A stretch of 64,000 nt of DNA. It comes from Vicugna vicugna (lineage: Eukaryota). The stretch lies in assembly GCA_013265495.1 (NCBI GenBank), contig MU058241.1:248001-312000 (forward strand). The letters run 5' to 3'. The translations under genes were made by a program, and so were the position numbers. The notes below the pieces were generated by a model. It was not told where the DNA came from and made no database searches. It was given only the letters and a program-made list of their open reading frames with translations. Of the stretch, positions 1-12,880 are shown in pieces (the first letter of the stretch is position 1; every line of letters starts with the position of its first letter).

Positions 1-255
1 AGTGCTAAATGAGGTGAGATGAGGAAAAAAATGATTCTGAAGTGGATTTTTTAAAAAATATGGAATGATAGGATGATAATATGCACTGTGCAGAAGTGCT
101 CAATTGTGCAACTTGACCTCTCAGATTAGAATATGATGTTGCAGTTTAGTTACGTAGGGATGGAGAAATAAGTATGAGTCAGTGTTATCAGGGAGGATTT
201 GATGCAGTAGAGGCATTTCCAGGGATTTTCAACGAGTGTATACATTTGTCTAACA

Positions 256-474
256 CAGTAGTTTTCAACTAAGGGCCATTTTACCATCCGGTGGCTATTC
301 AACAATGCCTGGAGACAGCTTTGGTTGTCACAACTGGGAGGGGTGCTACTGGCATCTGGTGGGTAGAGGCTAGGGGTGCTGCTAAACATCCTGCGATACA
401 CAGGACAGCCTCTTTCCCCTCCACAAAGAATTATCCTGCTGAAATGTCAACATTGCTGAGGGTGAGGAACCCTA
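256..474 (+). mobile_element. MER20-like hAT-Charlie DNA transposon (MITE)
   Basis: Starts CAGTAGTTTTCAAC, contains GGTTGTCACAACTGGG..GGTGCTACTGGCATCTGGTGGGTAGAGGC..GCTGCTAAACATCCTGC..CACAGGACAGCC and ends GAGGAACCCTA, as in the MER20 consensus. Confidence 0.85.
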
Positions 475-1149
475 GGTTTGGTGGAAGGAAAGAAAGTAGA
501 GGTTCTAGGTAGGAGAAAAAATGTGAAATTGGGAAAAAAAGTGATCCTGGAGGGCCAGTGGGGAGGCTTCCTGGTTATCAGGAAGGATGTGGGGAAAGTG
601 GAGGAGAGTAATATTGGAAAGGAGATGCACCAATAGGAGAGACATTTACGTTTGTTTTTCAAGGTAATTTTGACTTTAGTTTTGGCAATATTATTGACTA
701 GATATGCAAAAATGTCTTATTTTAAAAACCCACCTGAATAGGGTGGACAAATACATAACAAATATCTTTCTAAAAGCAGGGCTTAGCTGACAAGAAATGC
801 TTAGGGTTCAAAACAAATGAAACAGCTAAAATGCAAAGAGACAGGGGAGGTGCTGAAGAGGACAGCTGCCCTGTAAGCACCTGGTGATAATTGGTAGTCA
901 GGATCTTTGGTTCAATGAGCTGCTTGGGGCCATGCAGCAAAACCTAGCGTCATCAAGGTCAGAGGTGGACTGGAGACCACAGCATAAAGCCAGGACCCCT
1001 GAAAATAGAGACCCTCAGTGGAAGGATGAGCTAAAGCCAACCAACCAACCAAAACCCTCATACCACAAAGGGACACTTTAAGAACTAGCCTTCCTTCTTA
1101 GTGGAGGGAAAGCAATCTTCCCAGAAACTGTAATAAGAAGGCAGCCCTC

Positions 1150-1920
1150 AATGGGGGGCCAGAATTTGCAACTTTGTTTTGTGGTCCGAAGAAAACTAAA
1201 GCCAAGAGTTTAGTTCAAAATCAGCCTGAATCATTAGCACCTCTAGGCACCTGGCAGAAGCCAAATGCAAATCACCTTTAGAGGTATGCACTTTAGACCC
1301 AACTTCAAAGGCTGCCTGTGAAGTTCCAAGGAAGATGAATTCACAGAGAAAACCCACAAAACACCAGTAATAAACTGCCGTGAGTGAGAGCTGGCCAAAG
1401 TCAGAAACAGCAAAGTCAGACATGTGAAGTTTTCAGGTACGGGAATAATCACACTGTAAGTTTAGTGAACTGAATAAACATAAAAAAGAATCAATAAGGA
1501 AGAAGAGGTTAATTGAATAAATATAAAAAGGAATCGATAAAGAAGGAGAGGCAGATATGAAAAATAACCAAATATATATTTGAGATATGAAAGAAAACAA
1601 CTTAAAATGAAAACATCAAATGTAGAGTAAATAGAAGATTAGACACAGCTGAAGGGAGAATGAATGAGCTGAAAGGCAGGACTTTAAGAAATCACTGAGG
1701 TGGCAGCTTGGAGAATTAAATAAATGGAAAATATGGATGTGATGTTAAAAGACAAGGAAGGTAAATTAAGACGGTTATATCATAAATTTATTTAGAGTTC
1801 CAGAAAGAGAATAGAGAGAACAAGGGAAAAACATGCCAAAAAAGGAATTGATGAAACACATAGCTGATTGAATATGCGGGGCAAAGAAGATGATAATTCA
1901 AAAATTCTGAGACTGAGAGA
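1150..1920 (+). mobile_element. Ancient L1 (L1M-type) 5'/ORF1-region remnant
   Basis: A-rich, purine-skewed tract with L1 ORF1-like phrases (AATAGAAGATTAGACACAGCTGAAGGGAGAATGAATGAGCTGAAAG; AGAGTTCCAGAAAGAGAATAGAGAG). Boundaries approximate. Confidence 0.5.
1468..1551. repeat. Diverged tandem duplication, period 43 bp
   Basis: AACTGAATAAACATAAAAAAGAATCAATAAGGAAGAAGAGG (1468-1508) versus AATTGAATAAATATAAAAAGGAATCGATAAAGAAGGAGAGG (1511-1551). Confidence 0.7.
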
Positions 1921-3124
1921 ACTTCTCTATTAACAAGTGGGGAATTGTGAAGGGAAACTCTTTTGGAGGCCTGTGGAAAGTTTGGCCTTGAAACGCTGAG
2001 TGTGAGGTGATGAGATAGTTGAGATACGTGGATGTAATGCTCTAGAGATAATGAACAAGTTGAGGCAGAAACTTGGGAGCCCATGGAAGAGTTGAGTGGT
2101 CCTGAGGCAGGACAATTCCTCCAACGAGGTAACTATGAACTATTTTTAGACACCATTGTCCTAGAGTTTCGAGAGGCAGAAAGAGAAAGCCAGACAGACA
2201 CGTTAACAGGGTAACAAAAGCTGAGACAAGAGAGAGAAAAACCAGTTATTGACAAAAAGTGTGACTGCCACTGAACAAAATGAGTGTTGAGATGGTTCCT
2301 TGGAAGTGGATTTGGTGACATAAGATTGGAGGGGTTCTAGGAGGAAGTGGATGGACCATTGGGAGGATTGGCAGCGTGGAATTTTGGCTCTGGCACTAAT
2401 GCTTAACGCCCCCGACCCTGTGTTCTGGCCGTTTGTGGTGGAGGGAAGTCTGTCACCTGGCTGAGCTCACTGGGCAGGCTTTGTGAGGTTCATTCCAGAG
2501 TGTGGGCTTTTTCAAGTGTGTGTGCAGTCTCAGGTGGTCCTTCAGAGTGTGCCCACTCTGCTTGGCTGGTGTGCCGGGCCCGCATGCTGGTAAGTTAGCT
2601 CTTTCCCGGGCCCGGTCAGGCAACATAATTGGAACAGCTGCCTGTCTTAGGGCTCTGGGCGGTTTAAACCTTCCCTTGGATGAATCTGGGGGAGTTTCCT
2701 GTTTGGTGTTCACCACAGTGGGGAAGTGGAGCAGGTAGAAGGAATGTGGGCTCTGCTTCCAGTCTGAATCCCCCTCAGCAACTCCGGAGCTGACAGACCT
2801 TGGGCCAGTTACCAGACTTCTGAGCCCCGGTGGGGTGGAGACCCAGCTGTGCACCGGGAGCTGCTAGACCTAGCTTAGCGGAGTGGGAGGTGGGCGTAAT
2901 CAAGGCAGAATACCTGCAGCGGGTGTTGGCAGTTCTGAGGCTCCTCAAAGCTGCCCCGTATAACTCCTAAAATCCCATAAGCACTGCCAGCGGGAACAGC
3001 GGTTAGGTCAAGCCCAAGCAGTCGTGGTATGACTAAGAAAAAGGCTTTTTTTAAAGTTTACATACATATGTGTGTTCATGCACATAGGTAAGTATGTAAC
3101 TGTGTATGTGTGTGCCGTGTAAGG

Positions 3125-3275
3125 CAGTGTCTCTATTGTTCCCATTTTTGAGATGAGGAAGCTGAGTCTGAGATTAGTGACTAGCACCTCAAGTCACAGG
3201 GCGTACGTAGGCTGTGGATGTTACCTCTCTCGCAGAGTCAGGATTCAACTCAGCCTCAGTTTTCAGTGCTGAAGC
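3125..3275 (-). mobile_element. MIR SINE fragment
   Basis: MIR core motif CCCATTTTTGAGATGAGGAAGCTGAG..AAGTCACAG..GGATTCAACTCAG. Confidence 0.65.
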
Positions 3276-3431
3276 CCTGAGTCACAGGACTTGCAGGAGC
3301 TGTGGACTGCAGTTTTGCTCATCTGACTGTGAATGCTTTCAAGTATGACCTTTACACACAATAGCCCCTTCCCTGGAATCCTGAGAGATGACGTAGGCCG
3401 AATTGTAATCAGGAGAAAGAATCCCTGTAGA

Positions 3432-3432
<1 letters not shown>

Positions 3433-3460
<28 letters not shown>
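3433..3460. repeat. (CT)n microsatellite
   Basis: Uninterrupted TC dinucleotide run. Confidence 0.95.
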
Positions 3461-3463
<3 letters not shown>

Positions 3464-4274
3464 GTTCTCATTTCACTAACTCATCAGGCTGAAATAATCA
3501 AATCACCATCCAGAAGTTAGTTGACTAAATTGGTTGGAAAATAGCTTTAACAAAGGCTGCTGGTTATGAACCAGGTGATTCTCCTCCTTTGCACACTCAC
3601 CTTTCATCTCCCTCTGCACTGTGCACCCGGCGATGCTGGGCGCTGTTGGAGGGAGACACACTGGGGGCGGAGGGCTCCCCACACATGCCGAGCAGGCTGT
3701 GCCTGAGCGTGCCTGTCTAATCAGGCAGTCGTTTTCCTGATGAGTTGTGAGTGCTGGTAAGAGCAGGGCTGTGTGATGGATTGGAGAGGGCTGCCCTGTT
3801 CTTCAGACAAATGGCAAATATGTATTTTACAACCAGGAGATAAAAATGGTAATAGCTGGACAGAAAAGAGGAAAATAGCCTATTCAGGGGAAATCATTTT
3901 TAAAAGCTTACAGTAATAGAAATAAATGCCTTTCTATTTTTTCCCCAAGCATTTTTTCTTTTTATATCTCAGCAATAAAAAGGTTTGGCTTGTCACTGGG
4001 GACATAGTGTAATGACATGAAAATGATCCCTTGCGTTTGTTCAGTGGGCTGAGGTTTCCAGAGCTCTCTGAGTGATGGAGAAGAAAGAGTAACAGTCAGG
4101 GGAGCTGAAGGCTACTTGCTGCACCTCCGCCCCACAGCCACACAACCTGTTAGCCTATTGGGAACTTGCCTTCCTCAGTTACACAGTGAGCTGTGTAGTA
4201 TTTGCTCTGCTTCCTGTTTGCCAAGAGGCTCATCAGGACCTTGTGGATGAGAGTGCTTTTCAAAGTAAATGGCA

Positions 4275-4441
4275 GGGGGAGGGTATAGCTTGAGTAGTAG
4301 AGCATATGCGTAGCATGCACGAGGTCCTGGGTTCAATCCCCAGTACCTCCTCTGAAAATAAACAAACCTGATTACCTCCCCCACTGTCAAAATAAAGTAA
4401 ATAATATATAATAAGTAAGTAAATAAAAATATTTTAAAAAT
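4275..4441 (+). mobile_element. tRNA-derived SINE (camelid vic-1-like), full length with TSD
   Basis: tRNA-like head GGGGGAGGGTATAGCTTGAGTAGTAGAGC..GAGGTCCTGGGTTCAATCCCCAGTACCTCC (Pol III A/B boxes) and A-rich tail; 11-bp direct repeat AAAGTAAATGG at 4262-4272 and 4442-4452. Confidence 0.9.
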
Positions 4442-4533
4442 AAAGTAAATGGTGCCAATGACGATGATGATGGTAGCAATAATGGTATTCTCACCACTGT
4501 GTTTTGCCATGTGACTCTCACAGCAATATGTGG

Positions 4534-4747
4534 CAAGGGTCAGCAAACTGCAGCTGGCCAAGCCCTCACCTGCTTCTGTAAATAAAATTTCACTGGGACG
4601 CAGCCATGCCCACCTGCTTACGTGTGGTCTATGGCTCCTTTCACACTACCGCAGCAGAGCTGAGCAGTGGCAACAGATACCCTGTGGCCACCCCAAAACC
4701 ACAAATGTTTACCGTGTGACTCTTTACAAAAAAGTTTGATGGCCTCG
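4534..4747 (+). mobile_element. MER58A-like hAT-Charlie element
   Basis: CAAGGGTCAGCAAACT..TGTAAATAAAATTTCACTGGGACGCAGCCATGCCCA..GCAGAGCTGAGCAGTGGCAACAGA..TTTACAAAAAAGTTTG matches the MER58A pattern. Confidence 0.8.
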
Positions 4748-5724
4748 GTCTATGGGAAGCCAAGTAAATGTTTGGATTTTATAGATAGGGAAGAAGTTCA
4801 GAGAACTTTGTTCACTTGTTCAGGTTCTTACAACTGAAAAGCGATGATGCCTGAATTCAGATATGGCCGTCTAGTGGTTCTTGGGTTTGTGTGTGTTTGT
4901 GTGTGTGTAATTTCCTGTGGCCCACTTAGGCAGAGAAAAAGACTGTATTCATTCCCCCGTCTGTACTACTAACTCCTAGTTTCCAGTGGTCAACAGACTA
5001 AACAAAAAGTCTATCCCACCCACAAAAAAAACAAATACTGGGTGTTAATAGTGAACTGTCCCCCGCTAGGCGTACCTTTGGGTGTTACGTGTATGTCCAC
5101 TACAGTCATCAGAGTATAGAGGATTCCCACTTGAGTCACAGTATATACGTGTCTTAAAACCCAATTATTGGAAAAACGTAGGCAAACTATAGGTTGATTG
5201 CATTGTTGCTCTTGATTCCATCAGATGAACTTCAGTAAACAAAATTGACAATGATGAAGCCATTACGTGTATATTTGCAATATGTAAATTATCCAGATCA
5301 AGAATGACAACCATTCAAACTGTCCCCAAGCCACAGTGATGCTGAGGGAGCAGCAACCACAGGAAGCATTCTTCCTCTGGTCCGGGGAAGCCGGTGTGAG
5401 AGTCCAGTAGAAACCGCAGTGTTGCTGACGGTTGTTTGGTAGCAGACGTCTGAGTAGAAACCTGAGTTAGAGTCTTGGGGAAACTTTTAGTGTGGTAACT
5501 CTTAATAATTCACGTGGTCAGTTACTAGTTGTAGCCCTTAGTCTCACATGGGAAAATGACAGACTGTGAGGTTACACATCATTGGCTTTCATGACATGGC
5601 ATTTCTGCACCTCCCACCAGGAGGAGCTTCCTTGGCATCAGTGGTTGCAGCACCCTCAACTCTTCCTCCTCCTCCTCTTAGCACATGTTTGTAGAGGCCT
5701 TCCAGGGGCAAGATGCGGTGGAAT

Positions 5725-5850
5725 CCTGGCAGCACTGTTTACTTGCTCTTTACAGATGAGCACACTGAGGCAGAGAGAGGGTAGATACTTGCCCAGGCTC
5801 ACACATCTGTTCAGTGGCAGGGCCAGGATTTGAATCTAGGGTTCCTCTCA
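5725..5850 (-). mobile_element. MIR SINE fragment
   Basis: TTTACAGATGAGCACACTGAGGCAGAGAGAGG..ACTTGCCCAGGCTCACACA..AGTGGCAGGGCCAGGATTTGAATCTAGG. Confidence 0.8.
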
Positions 5851-6587
5851 GGAGCCTCTCCTCTGCACACCTGGAATCCTGGAATCTTAGAATCGACTGG
5901 ACTGAGGATGTCTTTGGGCCTCTGTCACCGTAACCAGAATTGTGCATGTAGGGGTAGTCATGGACTTGATTTTTTTAATCCTTGCAGATAGGGTCTTAGC
6001 TTACATCAGGTTCTCAAAGGGATACATAACCATAAAAAGGTAAGAAACTATGTTAAGAGGTACTTCACATTAACTTTATGGAACAAAAGAGACCAAAGCT
6101 AAACAAGTGATTTGAAAGATGGTGGCTCTCTAGAGTCCAGATGACACACAAATATGCTCTGAGGGAAAGGAAAGAATGTGTAGGGGGGGGAGATCCAGAC
6201 TCTGCCCAACCAGTGATCCCACCTTTAAATAAAAAAGGAATTTTGAAATATGATAGCAAACTTGAAACAGTAAAATTTGGGACTGGCTCCATTAAGAAAA
6301 ATGTGTTTAGCACTTCCAAATGAGATGAAATTCTGAGCCATTATTTCACACTTTTTTTAGGGCTTCCTGTTTCTCCATATTGTCATTTCATCGTGAATTT
6401 CATAGTTATTCACGTTTTCTGTTTTTCTTTTCCAAAAGAAAAATAAGAAAAAAATTTCCTAGGTATAATACAAATCCCTGCTAGTCCTTGACAGTGATTT
6501 GTTATCCTTTTAAGAAGTAAAAGAATCTTCATATTTCTAGAGATGTAAAGGTCCTTAGACATCCTTTGATTTAAGATTCCATTTAAA

Positions 6588-6872
6588 CAGAGACAGACTC
6601 ACAGACAGAAAACAAACTTATTGTTACAGAGGGGAGAGGGCATGGGGAGGGATAAATGGTAGTTCAGGATTTGTAGATACTAACAACTATGTATAAGATA
6701 GATAAACAACAAGGTCCTGTATAGCACAGGGAACTATATTAAGTACTTTGTAATGGTCTATAATGAAAAAGAATATGAAAAGATATATATACACACATAT
6801 ATATATGAATCACTATGCTGTACACCAGAAATTGACACATTATAAATCGACTGTAGTGCAATTAAAAAAAAC
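6588..6872 (+). mobile_element. 5'-truncated L1 3' UTR (cetartiodactyl/camelid type) with TSD
   Basis: ACAGACTCACAGACAGAAAACAAACTTA..TATAGCACAGGGAACTATATT..TGAATCACTATGCTGTACACCAGAAATTGACAC followed by poly(A); TCCATTTAAA repeated at 6578-6587 and 6873-6882. Confidence 0.88.
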
Positions 6873-6884
6873 TCCATTTAAAAA

Positions 6885-7740
6885 TTAGTTTTCAATTCAC
6901 ACACAGTAAAATCTACTCTCTGTAGTACCCAATTCTATGAGTTTTGACAAATGCACAGAATTGTGTAGCTAGCACCACAATCATGAGACAGAGCAGTCCC
7001 AATGCCCCCCAGATTTCCCTATGCTTCCCCTTTTAGTCAACCTCTCCTGCTACCTGAACTCCTGGCAACTACTGATCTGTTGTCTGTTCTTCAATTTTTG
7101 CCTTTTCCAGAATGTCATATAAACCGGATCATGCAGTAGGCAGCCTTTTGGGATTGGCTGATTTCACTCAACATTGTGCCTTTGTGTTCTAGCCAGGTTG
7201 TTGCGTGTATCCATAGTTTGTTCCTTTTTATTGCTGTGTAGTATTCCATTGTATGGACATACAGGAGCTGAAGGACATTTCATTTGTTTCTGTAGCTTTT
7301 TGGTGATTATGAGTAAAACTACTCTGAACATTTGTGTGCAGGTTTTGGACTTACATAGTAAGTATAAGTTTAATTTTGTAAGAAACCACCAAACTATTTT
7401 CTAAAGTGTTTTTGTACCCCTCTACATTTTGTGTAATACAAGTGATGTATGAGAATTCTAACTGCTGCGTAGTCCTTCCACCATTTAGTAGTGTAATTTA
7501 AAAAAGTTTTAACCATTCTAATAGATGTACAGTGGTATCTCACTGTGGTTTTAATCTGCATTTCCCTGATGGCTAATGATGTTGAACATCTTTTCAGGTG
7601 CTAATTTGTTTTCTTTCTTATTGTTGAGTTTTGAGAATTCTTTATACATTCTGGATCCAAGTTCTCTGTCATTTCTGTGGTTTACAAATATTTCCTCCCA
7701 GTCTCCATGGCTTGTCTTTTCATCTTGTAATGACAGTGCT
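6885..7740 (-). mobile_element. Old L1 (L1MB/MC-type) 3' UTR and ORF2 end
   Basis: CTGGCAACTACTGATCTG..TTTTGCCTTTTCCAGAATGTCATATA; AGTGGTATCTCACTGTGGTTTTAATCTGCATTTCCCTGATGGCTAATGATGTTGAACATCTTTTC (antisense L1 ORF2 C-terminus). Confidence 0.8.
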
Positions 7741-8029
7741 GCCATCTTAAATAAGAAGAAACGAGCACATTGACAGCTTTTGTTGGCTCTGCCGTAAACT
7801 ATCTGCCTGTGACTTTGGCTAAGGCGCTGAATTTAGTCTGTGTTTTGTGTCCTAGTCTATAGAGCAGGCGTAAGGGATGAGAATATTCCTGAGATTCTTT
7901 GCAGCCAGAATAGTTAGTGATCCTAAGACTGGCCCAAGTTCACGTAGTTAATTAGTAGCAGAGCTGGGCTAGGACTAGGGCTGCCTCTCAGTCTCTGCAG
8001 CCACTGTTGGCAGCAGAATTCTTTTTACT

Positions 8030-10620
8030 TTATAAAATCTAATTTTTTTTTACTAGGTAGTACATTTACAGGATTAAAAATTCAAAAATATAAAAGGATA
8101 GACTGTGAAAGAAAGCTACCTGTCACTCAGAACAAGCCATGTTATTATTTCTTGGGTTGCTTTCTAGAGTTTTCAAAAATAGGTACAAACACATTTTTTA
8201 TGTGTGCTGTATGTGTGTGTGTTTTCTTTCTCTCCTATTTAAGGTGAATTATTGACTCTGCAGTTTTCTTTTTTTCACTAGAAATGCAAATTAAAACCAT
8301 ACAGAGATACATTTTTTTAATGATATGTTTGAGATTGAGGATATTTTCATGGGACTAAAAACCATTTGTCTTTTTCTGTAAATTCTCTGTTCATAAAATT
8401 CTTGTTTTTTTTTTCTATTGAGTTGCTGACATTGTATCTGTGAGTTACTTATTTATTAGAGAAATTAAATTGGTGATATATTACAGTCCCCTCCACTCCT
8501 GCAGTTTGTCATCTGTCTTTTGAGTTTGCTTATTGTAGTTTTGCCCTCAAGAGTTCTGACTTTTTTGTGATTTCATCAGTATTTTTATTACTTCTGGCAT
8601 TTGGTCATAGTTGGATAGGACTTTTCCCCTCTAGTGCTTAAAGAAGAATTATCCTATGGTTTCTTCAGTTTATTAGTACCTTCTACACTTTATATTTATT
8701 TAAATTTTTGATCTGTTTGGGAGTTATCCCAGCATAAGCTGTGAGACATAGATCCAAGTATCTGACTCCAGAAGGCAGCCCATTTGTCTCAACACTATTA
8801 AATAATCTATCTTTTCCCTTCTCGTTGTTGTTGCCATCTATAACATATAATCTATTTCTGTAGTATTTTATTGCGGTAGGAACGGTTAACGTGAGACCTG
8901 GCCTCGAATTTTTAAGTGCGCAGTACAGTGTTGTTAGCTTTGGACACCATGTTGTACAACAGAGCTCTAGAACTTATATGACTGAAATTTTATACTCATT
9001 GACAGCACTCAGTTTCCATATTTTGGAGGTTCTGTTTCTGAATTTTCTACTCTATTCCATTGACTTTTTTTTCTCTTTATGTTGAATCTAATATCTAACA
9101 TAAGTAAGTTTTAGCATGGTATAGGGCTAATCTTCATTACTACATTAGTTTCTTCAGACTTGTTTCCAACATTTTATTTAAACAAATTTCAGGCATATGG
9201 AAATGTTGAAAGAACTTTTCAGTGAATACACATTTGCCGACCACATAGATTCTACTATTAACCTTTACTAACCTTGCTTTGACACATATCTGTCCTACAC
9301 TGATCCATCTTAGTTCTTTTGGTATGTTTCAATATGGAGACATTAGTACACTTCCACCTGGGTAGTTTAGCAGGCACTAGAGTTTAGTACTTGTTTATAG
9401 TATTTTTAAAATTTTGAGCTAAAGCTTACACATAATGAAATGTACAAATCTTACGTGCCTATTCACTGGGTTTCCTCAAATGTATATGCTTGTGTAACCC
9501 AAACTCTTACCAAGATACGGAACAATACCGTCACCCCAGAAAATTTCCTCATGTGTCTTGCCAGCGATCCCAGACACGCACTCCCACAGAGGCTACTACC
9601 CTGGCTTCACATGGTGTGCATGCCTCTGTGTAAGACTTCTTTCACCTAGCATCAAGTTTTTGGGACTTAACCATGTAGTTGCATGTGTCTGTAGTTCGTT
9701 TCTTTTTGTTGATGAGTGATATTCCATTTATGAATGTACCACATTTGGTTTATTTATTCTCCTATTAAGCAACAGCTGGGCTGCTTGTAGTTTTTGGCTA
9801 CTATGAATGAAGCTACTATGAATGTTCTTGCACAGTTTATCTTGTGACCCATTTGTTTCCTTTTCCTTTTTTGGATGGGGAGGGCGTAGATACATATGAG
9901 GGAAGTTGCTGGGTCCTAGGGTAGTTTTTAGCTTTTAAAGAAACCACTAGTCTTTCTCCAAAGTGGCTGTACCATTTTGCACTCACACCAACATGTATGA
10001 GAATTTCAGTTACCTTCATTCCTCAGTATCATTTGATATTGTCAGTCTTTTTAATTTTCCTCATGCTGGGTGGGTATTTGGTGGGATCACACTGTGGTTT
10101 TTTTGCATTTTGATGGCTAAATGATGAGGTTTAATATTGTACATCTGCTTATGAATATCTTTCCTTTATGAATTGTCTGTTAAAATCTTTGCCCTTTTTA
10201 TTGAATTGTTTTCCTTTTATAACTTGAGTTACTTCAGTTTTTTGTTGGCTATTCTTAGTTATCTATGGTTCCTATGAAATTTAGAACCAGCATACCTAAC
10301 TCCTAAAATAAATCCTTTGGGTTCTATTTTAGATAGATTTAGGGACAGTCATGTTATGATGTTGATTCTTCATACTCAACAATTTGGAATGCCTTTCATG
10401 TATTTAAATTTTCTCCTCACCCACTTTAGAAGAATTTAAAAATTATTCTTCCTAAATTCCTTACATATTTTTAAATTTTATTTTTAACCTTTTTATCTTT
10501 ATTATTGCTATTTTAAGTGGTTCCTTGTCTTCAATTATATCTCTTAATTTGTGTTGTTTAGATATAAGAAACTTATTTATTTCTGCATATATACATACAT
10601 ATATATATTTTTTAAATTTC
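8030..10620 (-). mobile_element. Cluster of fragmented old L1 pieces (L1ME/L1MB types; L1MA9-like 3' end at ~8865-9010)
   Basis: T-rich antisense L1 phrases throughout, e.g. CAAAGTGGCTGTACCATTTTGCACTCACACCAACATGTATGAGAATTTCAGTT at ~9960-10010 and CATGTTGTACAACAGAGCTCTAGAACTTA at ~8948. Boundaries approximate. Confidence 0.65.
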
Positions 10621-11559
10621 TGGATGTTTTCTGTGGGAAGGAAGCAATACCAAGATAGCTGGCCTCTTCTGTTAACCCAGGGTTTTCCATATAAATTTAT
10701 TTAGCCTTTACTTCTCAGCCAATGAAAAAGACTGATTAAAATTTTTCTTTAACAATTTAAATTTCTCTTTTTCTTGCTGCCGTAGAGGCAGAACAGTGCC
10801 TTCAGATAAAACTTGTCCATGTGATTCATCATTTAATTTTCCTTCCTCTCCTTCTGGAAGTGGGTTTGGTACAGAAAGGCCTTGCTGCCAGCTCTTAGCC
10901 CTTACTTCTCTTCTTGCAAGTAAGTCACCCTAGTTCTGTGCCTCCGGTTGTGTTTAACAAGTCTGGTACCAGAGCTCTAGCTGCTGCATGGTCTCAGTGG
11001 TTTTGTTTGCTTCTGCCTTCTCCTCAACACACCCTGGTTAGTCTTCCATTGCACTGATAGTCATTTTGATGCTTGGAGGCCTGGGGTTTAACTTTCTTCT
11101 TGTTTTACCAGAAACATTTTTAAAAAATACTTGTTTTTCTTTTCCTTTATCCTTTTGTATTTCCGTGAATAAAATGGTAGAAATACTGAATTTCCATGTC
11201 ATGTGAAAACTTAGGTGCTACGCTAAGCATATTGGATTGTTAGGAAGTGATTAACAGTATTCGGAAAAAAGTTGTTTTTTTTGATTATCTCTATTTTTGA
11301 TCGGTTATTCTTTTCTCAAGAAAGATGCAATTCCTACTGCATCCTAGTTAGATTGGCTTCACTGTTGGCCCCAACGTTGTTGGACATTAGGGGATAGGAT
11401 GTTTTGTAACAAATATTTAAATGCCATTATTGGTTTTCATTTTGGTGCTTAATAGTTCTTAGGCATCATGGTATTCTCACTGCCAGCACACTTCAGTTGA
11501 AAATGCTGAGTTTTCCTTTGCTTTGTGTGTGTGTGGTAACATTTTAATTTTCTTTTCTT

Positions 11560-11696
11560 TTGTTTTAATTGAAGTTACGTAGACTTGACTTACAGTATTG
11601 TGTTAGTTTTTGGTATACAGCATAGTGACTCAGTTATACATATGTATTCTTTTTCATTATAGGTTATTACGAGTATTGAATATTGGTCCCTGTGCT
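11560..11696 (-). mobile_element. Short 5'-truncated L1 3' end
   Basis: T-rich tail, then TTGAAGT..TTACAGTATTGTGTTAGTTTTTGGTATACAGCATAGTGACTCAGTTATA..TATTGGTCCCTGTGCT (antisense of the same L1 3' UTR as 6588-6872). Confidence 0.85.
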
Positions 11697-12262
11697 TAGT
11701 GTTTTGCTAAAATAAACACTGGATAGTTAATGCCATCTGTTTTACATTCATTGTTATGTATCTATGCAGATTCCTTCTCCCACATACTCAGACTCAAAAT
11801 CAGTCATCTTTCTTCTCTGTTCCTGAAGCCTCCTCCCCGCTGGAGACGCTGCCACTGCCCTGGTGCTTCGTCACTGAACATTCTGGGCTGATTAAACTTC
11901 TTCCCTCTCTAGGCTGTGTCGCATGCATTCCTACAGCATTGTTCTCCTTATGCCCCCCTCTCTCTTTGCATAGCATCCCCTGGCTCCCATTGTCTATAGA
12001 ATAAAGTTTCAAATTCTCATCCTGGTCCTTAAGACAAGGAAGTTTGCCTTATCGTTAAACTCTTCCCAAAGTGCACTGAAGCCTCGGTCAGTCAGCCCTC
12101 ATCGTCTCAGTCACGAACCTCAGCCCTGTTTCAGCTCTGAGTGTCGGCTAACTGTGCTCCCGCTGCCTGCAGTCCTGTCCACAGTACCTCCTTTATTGGT
12201 CTGTTCTGCCCTTATTTCCGGGTCCAAGTTCCATGCCTCGTGATTCTGCTTGTCACTCCGAA
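11590..12262 (+). repeat. Inverted repeat, left arm (template copy)
   Basis: Reverse complement of 13865-~14537; paired coordinates sum to 26127 with no indels; ORFs 11800..12012(-) and 14115..14327(+) are identical. Confidence 0.97.
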
Positions 12263-12430
12263 CTCTCACTTGGAACATCACCAGGCATTATCGTGACTTG
12301 TTATTTAGTGTTTCCATCTGTTTATCCTGTCTTTTCATATGAATCCCTAGGGAGGGAGCCATGGCCTGTGCTCTGCTCTCCAGCACGGTCCCTGTGGTAC
12401 TATGTGTAGAGAGGCTTTGAATCTGATGAG
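11790..12430 (-). mobile_element. Degraded L2 fragment
   Basis: L2-like phrases TGGCTCCCATTGTCTATAGAATAAAGTTTCAAATTCTCATCCTGG and GAATCCCTAGGAGGGAGCCATGGCCTGTG..CCAGCAC.. Confidence 0.5.
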
Positions 12431-12880
12431 TGACCCCTTTTATGGATTTCTCTCATTTTCTGCTCTTCTCAGGGTCCTTCTTTTTAGTGAGCTGGACACT
12501 GCTGGCCTCTTGAAGTATTTGCCTGCTGCTGAAACCCCCTTGCTAGCTCACCTTCTTCTAGTCTTTCAGTCTGTTGATCTGTGGGACACTTTGCTAATGA
12601 TTTAATTCCTAACTTTTTGAGCATAAGGAAAAATAGACTTCCATAACTCTGATTTTTTTTAACCTAAGCCAGGTTTTGTAAATCTATATATACAGAGAAA
12701 CTTCATCTTGCAGCTCATGCATCTCTGACCTGATTAAATAGCTTGGCACTTATATTCACCTTCTATGAACACAGACTGGGTGCTTTTTGATTAAATTTTC
12801 TTTGAGAGAATCACTTATTCAAATGCAGGTTCATGGGTACAGACAGTTGGTCATCAAGGAAACAAAAGGGACTCCTAGCC

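Noticed and set aside
4275..4350. tRNA gene
   Set aside because: The tRNA-like head continues into a SINE body, A-tail and TSD; it is a SINE.
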